From a virus: a DNA stretch of 64,000 nt. Shown one piece after another: positions 39,662 to 47,488 of the stretch (its first letter is position 1; the number at the start of each line of letters is the position of its first letter). A program made the position numbers and the translations under genes. The notes under the pieces are model-generated. The model was given only the letters and a program-made list of their open reading frames with translations, had not been told where the DNA came from and did no database searches. The stretch covers positions 10,061-74,060 of IMG/VR virus record IMGVR_UViG_3300027734_000056. One strand, 5' to 3'.

Positions 39662-40435
39662 ATGACAGAGTGTCCAGTAGCCACAGTTTACAAATCAGTA
39701 AACTTAGCAAATCATTTACAAGCTATAGAACTAGCTAACTTAGGGCCTGCAGATCCACGCCAACCCAATACACTTTATTGGGGTGACAAAATGGAGTTGT
39801 GGAATGTCGCAGAAGGCGTCGCCAGAACACAGCTGTGTTTAAACTGTGAAAATTACAAAACTGACAGTGATAGCATGCAGTGTATAACTGCTGGAGGCGG
39901 TGCCACATTAAAACCAAGTGAATTGCCAGTAACACCAAGTTGGGCAGATATTACAGACATGCCAGTTGGTTACTGCACTCGTTGGGCAATAACTTGTACA
40001 GCACTACGCACTTGTGATGACTGGGAAAGTTGTAGCAGTCAAGATGATATTCAACTTGAAAATTACTTAGACGAAGACGGTTGGAGCAATTCAACCAAAA
40101 GTGCTGAAACCTACAAACCTACCAGCGGCATGGCAACTGAAGCACAACGTGCATTAGACTGGCATGCCGAAGGTCATCGTGGTGGTACTAGTGTGGGATT
40201 GGCACGAGCAAATCAACTGGTTCGTGGTGATAACTTAACTGAAAGCACAGTTATGCGCATGCATAGTTTTTTCAGTCGTCATGAAGTTGACAAAAAAGCT
40301 GAAGGATTTAGTCCAGGTGAAAAAGGTTATCCCAGCCCAGGTCGTGTAGCTTGGGGACTTTGGGGTGGTGATGCAGGTCAATCATGGGCACGTGACAAAG
40401 CTGCACACATACAAGCAGAAAGAGCAAAACAATGA
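39662..40435 (+). CDS. Two-domain hypothetical protein (Cys-rich N-terminus plus helical C-terminus)
   Basis: CLNC...GYC.....C....TCDDW, then MATEAQRAL.W...GGT.VG.ARA.QL...MHSFFSRH...AWGLWGGDAG; AAGGA upstream. Confidence 0.7.
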   Translation: MTECPVATVYKSVNLANHLQAIELANLGPADPRQPNTLYWGDKMELWNVAEGVARTQLCLNCENYKTDSDSMQCITAGGGATLKPSELPVTPSWADITDMPVGYCTRWAITCTALRTCDDWESCSSQDDIQLENYLDEDGWSNSTKSAETYKPTSGMATEAQRALDWHAEGHRGGTSVGLARANQLVRGDNLTESTVMRMHSFFSRHEVDKKAEGFSPGEKGYPSPGRVAWGLWGGDAGQSWARDKAAHIQAERAKQ

Positions 40436-41034
40436 TTTCAGCAGAACAACTAAAACAAATTATTCCACAAAATAAAAATCAAGCAGAGTGGTTAGCGGCA
40501 CTTAATTTACTATTACCAAAATATGAAATTAACACAAAAAGCCGAATCACTTGTTTTTTAGCACAGTGCGTTCATGAGTCTGCTGGTTTTACTGCACTAA
40601 AAGAAAATTTAAATTACTCAGCAGAAGGTTTGCAGAAAACATTTGCAAAATATTTTACTGCAGAGCAAGCAGCTGACTACGCTCGCAAACCTGAACGTAT
40701 AGCCAATCGTGTATATGCCAACCGCATGGGTAATGGTTCAGAAGCATCTGGTGATGGTTATCGTCACTGTGGTCGTGGAGTTATTCAACTAACAGGTAAA
40801 GCAAACTACGAAAACTTCAGTAAAGCCATAAATAAAACAGTTGCAGAAACTGTAGTTTATTTGGGTACTACAGCAGGTGCATTAGAAAGTGCTTGTTGGT
40901 TTTGGAAAACCAATAACCTTAATCCGCTAGCTGACAACGAAGATATGAAAGCAATTACCAAAAAAATTAATGGCGGTTTTATAGGTTTAGAAGATCGTGT
41001 AAAACATTTTAATCATATCAAACAGGTGATTTAA
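40432..41034 (+). CDS. Glycoside hydrolase family 19 endolysin
   Basis: FLAQ..HES.GF..L.ENLNYS, YANRMGN, GRG.IQLTG..NY, SA.WFW and ITKKINGG motifs. Confidence 0.93.
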   Translation: MISAEQLKQIIPQNKNQAEWLAALNLLLPKYEINTKSRITCFLAQCVHESAGFTALKENLNYSAEGLQKTFAKYFTAEQAADYARKPERIANRVYANRMGNGSEASGDGYRHCGRGVIQLTGKANYENFSKAINKTVAETVVYLGTTAGALESACWFWKTNNLNPLADNEDMKAITKKINGGFIGLEDRVKHFNHIKQVI

Positions 41035-41597
41035 TGTGGTTATTAGAATACATACCCAATTGGATATATTGGACATTACTACTTTTTAGTAGTATCGCTG
41101 TTGCTACCAGTTGGAGTCAGCAATGGCGCAACTATAATTTTTTAATGGTAATTTTTTGTGTGTTTTGTTTGAGCTGGTTTAGTAGCCAAGAGTCTTGGAA
41201 GGCTGAACTAGCAGAACTCAAGCAGCAAGCAGCTGTAATTGAACAACAATCTACACAAGCCAATCAAGAAATTCAGACCAAAACAGTAATCAAAATTAAA
41301 AAAGTAAAAGAGATTGAATATGTTAACAGAGACATTTTACAACAAGTGGTTGTTAAAGAGCTTGACAGCAGCTGTGTTTTGCCTAAGTCTGCAGTCATGC
41401 TCCACGACAGTGCCAGTCAAAATGCCGTGGCCCAAAGTGCCAGAGACACTACTGGAGCCGCCACCGATGTTAAAGCCAGTGAGCTCCTTGACACAGTAGT
41501 AGTTAATTATGCCACTTACTATGAACTAACAGAAAAACTAAAAGCTTGGCAAGAGTGGTATCGAACTCAAAAACAAATATACGAATCTGCTAAGTAG
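41034..41597 (+). CDS. Rz: Inner-membrane spanin (Rz-like)
   Basis: N-terminal transmembrane segments, a coiled coil and a Cys in the periplasmic part; follows the endolysin and contains a nested lipoprotein ORF. Confidence 0.8.
   Translation: MWLLEYIPNWIYWTLLLFSSIAVATSWSQQWRNYNFLMVIFCVFCLSWFSSQESWKAELAELKQQAAVIEQQSTQANQEIQTKTVIKIKKVKEIEYVNRDILQQVVVKELDSSCVLPKSAVMLHDSASQNAVAQSARDTTGAATDVKASELLDTVVVNYATYYELTEKLKAWQEWYRTQKQIYESAK
41314..41499 (+). CDS. Rz1: Outer-membrane lipoprotein spanin (Rz1-like), nested in the +1 frame
   Basis: Signal LLKSLTAAVFCLSLQS-C lipobox, then Pro-rich STTVPVKMPWPKVPETLLEPPP; fully embedded in Rz. Exact start codon uncertain. Confidence 0.82.
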   Translation: MNMLTETFYNKWLLKSLTAAVFCLSLQSCSTTVPVKMPWPKVPETLLEPPPMLKPVSSLTQ

Positions 41598-41605
41598 GAG
41601 TTGCT

Positions 41606-42379
41606 ATGATTGATCCAGTAACACTCTTTGCATTAGCTAATGGTGCTGTAAGTGCTGTTAAAGCTGGATGTAAACTTTACAAAGATATAAAAGGTGCGGC
41701 TGGTGATGTCAAAGCAGTTTTAAAAGACTTAGAAGATCAATTTCATAAAAAACATCCTGCAGATAAACCAGCTAGCGTAGAGCAACGAAATCAATATGTT
41801 CAAGAAAAAAATCGCGTTATTGAATTAAATAAGCACGATGGAGATACCACTAACATCTATCAACAAATTGGTGAACATTTAGGCACCTATTATGATAACT
41901 ACTATAGATGTATAGCCGTACTTGAAGAACAAGAACGTCGTAGTCGTACCGAAATTTATACTGGTGATAGTAGTTTAGGCAAACGTGCGCTACAACGTGT
42001 GTTAATGAAAAAACAACTAGAAAAAATGGGTAAGGATCTACAAGAACTAATGATTTATGAGTGCCCGCCTGAATTGGGTGCACTTTGGACTGAAGTTAAC
42101 GAAATGATGTTAAAACTTGGCAAAGAACAAAAAAGTTTGGTTGCCATTCAAATGCAACGTTTTCGTGTAGCAGAAGCTAGGCGGTTGGCAAGAAATCGTA
42201 AGTTAACCGAACAAGCCGTAGTTGGAACTATTATTTTATGGATAATTATACTATTTATGTATTTAATGATGTTGGTAGCTCAGGATAGGCAACAAAGATA
42301 CCCTGAGTTTGGACAAGACATAATACCTCACAGAGAAATAAAAAGGAGTGCTAATGGGCATAGAATCGTCAACAATTGA
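41606..42379 (+). CDS. Hypothetical helical membrane protein within the lysis cassette
   Basis: 257 aa; AGGAG upstream; amphipathic MIDPVTLFALA start; C-terminal TM AVVGTIILWIIILFMYLMMLVA. Confidence 0.7.
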   Translation: MIDPVTLFALANGAVSAVKAGCKLYKDIKGAAGDVKAVLKDLEDQFHKKHPADKPASVEQRNQYVQEKNRVIELNKHDGDTTNIYQQIGEHLGTYYDNYYRCIAVLEEQERRSRTEIYTGDSSLGKRALQRVLMKKQLEKMGKDLQELMIYECPPELGALWTEVNEMMLKLGKEQKSLVAIQMQRFRVAEARRLARNRKLTEQAVVGTIILWIIILFMYLMMLVAQDRQQRYPEFGQDIIPHREIKRSANGHRIVNN

Positions 42380-42662
42380 AGAACAAAAAGAACATTGGAT
42401 GAATACTAAATGGCGTCCAATGATGGGTTGGAGTTACATGGCAACTTGTATTGCTGATTTTGTATTATTTCCAATACTTTGGAGTTTACTACAAGCAATA
42501 AGTCATGGTAGTGTACAAACACAATGGCAACCAATTACCTTGCAAGGTGCTGGATTATATCATATTGCAATGGGTGCTGTTCTTGGTATCGCTGCATTTG
42601 GTCGTACAAAAGAAAAAATTGCCTCATTAACAGGCAGTGATTCTTCTAGTGAAACAAAATAG
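42354..42662 (+). CDS. Holin (GTA/3TM-type)
   Basis: W...WRPMMGW.Y....DF..FP...GAVLGI...GRT.EK motif; AAGGAG before ATG 42354. Confidence 0.75.
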   Translation: MGIESSTIEEQKEHWMNTKWRPMMGWSYMATCIADFVLFPILWSLLQAISHGSVQTQWQPITLQGAGLYHIAMGAVLGIAAFGRTKEKIASLTGSDSSSETK

Positions 42663-42730
42663 GAGAAAAACAGCTGTTAACAAGTAAAAAGAAAAATGGT
42701 TTTTCTTTTATTACATTATTGAGGAATTAT

Positions 42731-43435
42731 ATGTCAAGTGGAAAAAAATCCCGAAAAAATAAAGATAACAGATATGATGAAGTAGAAGGTTTAGTGCCAG
42801 ATACGCGTTATCAATCTTTTAAAGAAGTAGAGCCTTTAAACTTTATACAACAACAGTATTTACAAGCAATACACGAAAATGATATTATTTTTGGTGTTGG
42901 CAGTGCAGGTACTGGTAAAACATATATTTCTGCAAGTTATGCAGCCAGTCAACTTTATCACCGCAAAGTAAATAAAATCATTTTAACCAGACCAAATGTA
43001 GAAGTTGGCAGAGGTTTAGGGTTTTTACCAGGTGGTATAGATGAAAAGTATGCCCCTTATTTAATGCCTTTTGACAGTATATTTACAAAATGTCTTGGCA
43101 AAGGTTTTTATGAGTATGCACTAAAATCTCAAGATATAGAACCTACTCCACTTGGATTTTTACGTGGAGCCACTTTTGAAAACTGCATTGTACTAGTAGA
43201 TGAAGCTCAAAACTGTACTCGTGAAGAAATGAAAATGATGCTTTCCAGAATTGGAAAAAATTGTAAAATGATTCTTAGTGGAGACATTGAGCAAGCAGAT
43301 ATTCCTAACTCAGGTTTGTCAGATGCAGTAACAAGACTTGAAGGTATAAAAGGTATTGAAATTGTTAGATTCTTAGATGAGGACATAGTCAGATCTAAAA
43401 TGTGTAAACAAATTATTCAAGCATATAGAAATTAA
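42731..43435 (+). CDS. phoH: PhoH-like ATPase
   Basis: GSAGTGKT, LTRP, GFLPG..DEK, LRGATF, DEAQN, GD..Q.D and IVRS motifs; GAGG before ATG 42731. Confidence 0.95.
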   Translation: MSSGKKSRKNKDNRYDEVEGLVPDTRYQSFKEVEPLNFIQQQYLQAIHENDIIFGVGSAGTGKTYISASYAASQLYHRKVNKIILTRPNVEVGRGLGFLPGGIDEKYAPYLMPFDSIFTKCLGKGFYEYALKSQDIEPTPLGFLRGATFENCIVLVDEAQNCTREEMKMMLSRIGKNCKMILSGDIEQADIPNSGLSDAVTRLEGIKGIEIVRFLDEDIVRSKMCKQIIQAYRN

Positions 43436-43444
43436 TAAGCAAAC

Positions 43445-43482
43445 AAAAAAGCCCTGTAAATTTAAATTTACAGGGCTTTTTT
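43445..43482. terminator. Bidirectional terminator; perfect 38-bp palindrome
   Basis: AAAAAAGCCCTGTAAATTTAAATTTACAGGGCTTTTTT at the convergence of the two genome arms. Confidence 0.9.
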
Positions 43483-43673
43483 TATTCTGCTGTTGTTTCT
43501 TCGGAAACTTCAGTAACTTCTGGATTTAATTGACCTTTTGCTTGCTCATGAATTTTTTGTGTAAGTGGATTACAGATTTTTCCTGGTAGTTCTTGCAAAC
43601 CAGCAAGTATTTGGTTAATTTCTTCTACTGAAAGATGTAGAAACAATAAAGTTTCATTAGTTGGTGTTGTCAT
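43482..43673 (-). CDS. Small hypothetical protein
   Basis: 63 aa; LSVEEINQIL..L.ELP helix; 9 bp after nrdJ. Confidence 0.6.
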   Translation of the reverse strand: MTTPTNETLLFLHLSVEEINQILAGLQELPGKICNPLTQKIHEQAKGQLNPEVTEVSEETTAE

Positions 43674-43682
43674 TTTTATTTA

Positions 43683-45647
43683 TTATCTAATTGGGCAAGC
43701 GCCCGTTGCACATTCTTCTCCAATAATTTCATCAAAGCTATTTGCCTCATCTAAATTTACTGGCTTTAGGGTAACGACATAGTCGTTGTAACTTTGCTCA
43801 CTTACTACTTCTTGTGGAAGATATAAGTAACCAAGATCTTTTGCTGTTTTAGTTGGGTCTGTACGATAGATAAAACTAACGCCTACATAACAATCCCAAT
43901 TAATTAACAACCAATCAATAATTGCAGGTACTTCTGCAGGATCATAACTAATTGTTACACTAGTATTTTGTTGATTCCATGATGTTTGCAACAGCTTGTA
44001 TCGTTCTAGCTGTATTACTGCTGACTCTAGATTAACCTCTTTGCCAGCGACATTGTCAAAAGGCACACCTTCCCAAGCTACTGGAAAAGTTACTAATACT
44101 CCTGAATCATCTACTGGGTGGTTGATTACTCTGTAGTTTGCTTCGCGTAGTTTTTCTACTACTGGGTCATGCTTACTAAACTGCACATTATTAAAAATAT
44201 ACTTGCCCAGCGGCTTGTGCACACCTTCGGTAGTATCCATGATTTTGCTTAGTGTGCCTGAGGGCTTAACACAAGTGATATTTTTTGGACTAGGCAGTCC
44301 AAGTTCTTGTGCCATTCCAATAGCAGCACCTGTTGCTGTGCGTTTTAGGTATTCATAGTCATAGCTGCCCATATCGGGTCGCATTGCAATACCTGTTAAA
44401 CCAACACCACACAAACGCATAAAGTAATTATTTAAATGCCAAGCTTCTTGTAAGATTCCGTCTTTGAGGTCCACACAAGTTTGTCTATAGTTTGCTCTAG
44501 CTGCCAATCTGATGGCACTGTGCAAACCAGCGGTGTCTCCTTTAAACTTGGCAATGTCAGTTTCGGTAAGGTTACAGAAACTTTTATTTCCGAGTAAGAT
44601 TTCAACGCAGGGATTTGCTCCTTTAAACCAAGGGGCACGTCGTAAGGCTTCAACTTCATTTATAAATCCTGGTTCGCTTCCGCCAGCTTCTTGCATCATT
44701 GAAAAAATGCGTTCTAAGTCTGAGCGTAGTGGTTTTTCTTTAAATACTAAACTGTTGTTTGACTGTGTGCGGTGTGCGTTGTTATGTAGCCACCAGTCTT
44801 TTTTAGCTACGGCAAATTCTTCCCACTCTGGTTGTCCGTAGTCAAAAAGGGCAATTTCAGCACTGCGGCGACTGGATAAAATAGTGCCAAGATGATTAAC
44901 AATGTCCAGAATATCCATCCTAGACAGTAAACTATCAGCACGGCCATTAAGTATATTGGCGATAGCAAGATAAGCAGTACTAATTGCGCTATCGCCCGAA
45001 GAAATCCAACCATAACCTTTTAACCTTTCCCCTGCGGGGCGTAATTGACTAAAATCTAATACCAGCGTATTTGCTGGATATTTACCTGCTAGCAGTTTGC
45101 CAATAGATTTGGCCCAAGCTTCTGCACTGTCACCGATTTGCAGTGTCCAAGTAGCTGTTTCTGCATCCCAAGTTTCTGTGTTGTGCTCGTTTCCGCCTTT
45201 ATCAACACGCGTACTACGAACTGTTTTGATATTTTTAATTGGCTTTGAAAAACCGTTAAGTGTACCAACAATTGGTTTAAACCCTACTCCGCAACCTTGT
45301 AGCAACAACCATAACACATCCACTACATCATAAACTGTTTCTACATTTGTAAAACTACAGTTAAATTGTGAAGCTTCACGTGTTTTGGCTACGTTTGTAC
45401 CACCCAGCCAAAGTGTACGACCACTCATTAGCACTTTGCGATCCAGCATAAGCTGCTCAAGGTCGTAAAGCTCTGCATATTCTAAGTCATTTAAATCACG
45501 ACCAACTGCTCGTTGCCACAACCATTCTTGATGATCAATAACTCTGGCTACTGTTTCTTGCCACGTTTCAAACTGTTTACCGTCGTCTGAAACGGGTCTG
45601 TTATATGTTCTACGCGTAATAACTTGCGCTCTTGTACTTACTGTCAT
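43683..45647 (-). CDS. nrdJ: Class II (adenosylcobalamin-dependent) ribonucleotide reductase, RTPR type
   Basis: RTY.R, SGRTLW.GG, FNC, GCGVGF, NPCVEI, CNLTE and TCVKPSGT motifs; C-terminal CATGACPIR; no nrdB partner. Confidence 0.92.
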   Translation of the reverse strand: MTVSTRAQVITRRTYNRPVSDDGKQFETWQETVARVIDHQEWLWQRAVGRDLNDLEYAELYDLEQLMLDRKVLMSGRTLWLGGTNVAKTREASQFNCSFTNVETVYDVVDVLWLLLQGCGVGFKPIVGTLNGFSKPIKNIKTVRSTRVDKGGNEHNTETWDAETATWTLQIGDSAEAWAKSIGKLLAGKYPANTLVLDFSQLRPAGERLKGYGWISSGDSAISTAYLAIANILNGRADSLLSRMDILDIVNHLGTILSSRRSAEIALFDYGQPEWEEFAVAKKDWWLHNNAHRTQSNNSLVFKEKPLRSDLERIFSMMQEAGGSEPGFINEVEALRRAPWFKGANPCVEILLGNKSFCNLTETDIAKFKGDTAGLHSAIRLAARANYRQTCVDLKDGILQEAWHLNNYFMRLCGVGLTGIAMRPDMGSYDYEYLKRTATGAAIGMAQELGLPSPKNITCVKPSGTLSKIMDTTEGVHKPLGKYIFNNVQFSKHDPVVEKLREANYRVINHPVDDSGVLVTFPVAWEGVPFDNVAGKEVNLESAVIQLERYKLLQTSWNQQNTSVTISYDPAEVPAIIDWLLINWDCYVGVSFIYRTDPTKTAKDLGYLYLPQEVVSEQSYNDYVVTLKPVNLDEANSFDEIIGEECATGACPIR

Positions 45648-45656
45648 CTATTTCCT

Positions 45657-46136
45657 TTATGTACCAGTACTGCCAAATCCGCCAGTACCACGTTTTGTAT
45701 CATTCCATGCATCTACAAAATCAACCAACAAAACTGGCATGATTACCAGTTGTGCAATTCTGTCTCCGCGTTTTATTTCATAACGATCTTCGGAAATATT
45801 TTTTAAAATTATTTTTATATTTCCACGATAATCACTATCAATAACGCCTACTGAGTGAGGGATAGTAATTCCCTTTTTTCCCTGACTGCTTCTGTTAAAC
45901 ACAAAGCCTGCATAGCCTTCTGGAATTTTTACCGCTACCCCAGTATCAATCATTTTTTGTTCGTTGGGATAAATTTCACAAGTTTCAGTGCTCATTAAAT
46001 CTGCACCAGCATCTGTGCGATTGGCACGTTGCGGTAAAAATTCAGCGCTATCTACTCGGCACTCAACTGTTTGCTTTATGGCTACTCCACGATTGTGATC
46101 GTAGTCTCGATTAATATTCATAATAAAATTACTCAT
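45657..46136 (-). CDS. dut: Trimeric dUTPase
   Basis: DAGADL, RSS, GVIDSDYRG, DRIAQL and RGTGGFGSTG motifs. Confidence 0.96.
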   Translation of the reverse strand: MSNFIMNINRDYDHNRGVAIKQTVECRVDSAEFLPQRANRTDAGADLMSTETCEIYPNEQKMIDTGVAVKIPEGYAGFVFNRSSQGKKGITIPHSVGVIDSDYRGNIKIILKNISEDRYEIKRGDRIAQLVIMPVLLVDFVDAWNDTKRGTGGFGSTGT

Positions 46137-46983
46137 TTATATACTTTTCTAAAATTTTATCTACTATTTTACAATTTTCTACACCCAGGGCTTCTTCAGA
46201 GTGTGTAACCAAATCCATTAATTTATAGTTTAACAATAAGTTGTCTACACCAAATTCATTTAGTGCGGCAATATATTTATATTTGCTAGCAATAGGCAGC
46301 GCTGCAATAATATCGTAAGTGCTACCATACTGTTGTACCAGCTGCAAAGCACGCTTTGGGCCAACACCAGGAACACCAGGAACGTTATCACCAGTATCGC
46401 CTGTTAAACACTTAATTGAAATATATTCATCTTGCGAAAAGTCATAGTGCTCATTCCAATTGTCGTGTGTTATTTCTTTGCGTGTAACATAGCTAAATCT
46501 TGATACTTCAGGCTGTACTAACAAATCCCAGTCTTTATCACTGGAAATTAACCAAATTTGTTTTAAATTGTGTTTTTTTCTTTTACTTACTATGTAAGCC
46601 GCAATATCATCTGCTTCCACACCTCGAAAACGAATTACAGGATATTTTTCTTGATTTTCATAATCAGTCAATATAGACTGCACTTCTTCAAAAAATATTT
46701 CAAATTCGCGTTTTTCTTGTTCGGTTTGATCTGCGTATTTATCTTTGCGATTTTGTTTGTATTCTGGATAAAGAGCCTTGCGGTAACTGCTAGAACCAAC
46801 GTCACCAGCAATTATTAGTTTGTCTGCTTTGTAAGATTTTTTAAGACTTTCTACCGTTCTCATGTAGTCTTCTGCAAAATCTACTGCCCCGCTGTGCTTA
46901 TATCTAAAAGCTAGGTTTAAACTATCCACAATCATTAATGTGCTGTTATCGGCTGCTGTAATTTCTTGAAATGTTTTAGTCAT
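46129..46983 (-). CDS. D15: 5'-3' flap endonuclease (T5 D15-like)
   Basis: IVDSLNLAFRY, YK.NR, GVEADD, SSDKDW and GDTGDNVPGVPGVGPK motifs. Confidence 0.93.
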   Translation of the reverse strand: MTKTFQEITAADNSTLMIVDSLNLAFRYKHSGAVDFAEDYMRTVESLKKSYKADKLIIAGDVGSSSYRKALYPEYKQNRKDKYADQTEQEKREFEIFFEEVQSILTDYENQEKYPVIRFRGVEADDIAAYIVSKRKKHNLKQIWLISSDKDWDLLVQPEVSRFSYVTRKEITHDNWNEHYDFSQDEYISIKCLTGDTGDNVPGVPGVGPKRALQLVQQYGSTYDIIAALPIASKYKYIAALNEFGVDNLLLNYKLMDLVTHSEEALGVENCKIVDKILEKYINE

Positions 46984-47007
46984 GGTGTTTCTCAGTTTTT
47001 AATATTT

Positions 47008-47036
47008 ATTATAACACTTTTTTGTTTGTTTTTCAA
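47008..47036 (-). promoter_or_regulatory. Sigma70-type promoter for D15-dut-nrdJ
   Basis: Minus strand TTGAAA-17 bp-TATAAT with extended -10 TG. Confidence 0.8.
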
Positions 47037-47488
47037 GCTATAAATTTTGGAGCTTCATGTTGTATAAAATCTTCTAGTAGCGCAACTGAGAACTCGTAGT
47101 CTTTTGCACTAATTGTCATAAACCTGTAGCCACCAGCAGGCAGATCACTGTAAGCACAAAATATCTTAGACCTGTCATGTTTGAAAATTAACAGAGGCTG
47201 TTTTTTAACTTGCTTGCCTTGCCTTACTGCTTGTTCCCACCAAGTTAATAGTTGCGGATCTTTAGCAGTAAGTATGCTACTTGTTAAGTGATCTTGTTCA
47301 TAGTGTTTTACTTCAACTGAGTACAAGTTATTTTCATTAGGCACATACAAATCGCCTTTTAGCCCGTGCTTAGGGTCTAAAGCGCCAGAGCTAGGTACTC
47401 GTTCCCACTGTAGTCCAGTTAGTTTTCTTAATAAATCTCTAACCGTTGTTTCTGCTCTTGCACCTTTTGCTCTGGAGTCTACTGTCAT
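47033..47488 (-). CDS. D14: D14-like PD-(D/E)XK nuclease / Holliday junction resolvase
   Basis: SRAKGARAE, RVPSSGAL, KGDL, VEVK and WWEQ motifs; T5 synteny. Confidence 0.85.
   Translation of the reverse strand: MTVDSRAKGARAETTVRDLLRKLTGLQWERVPSSGALDPKHGLKGDLYVPNENNLYSVEVKHYEQDHLTSSILTAKDPQLLTWWEQAVRQGKQVKKQPLLIFKHDRSKIFCAYSDLPAGGYRFMTISAKDYEFSVALLEDFIQHEAPKFIA

Noticed and set aside
45648-45656. Cobalamin riboswitch upstream of nrdJ
   Set aside because: Only 9 bp separate dut and nrdJ.
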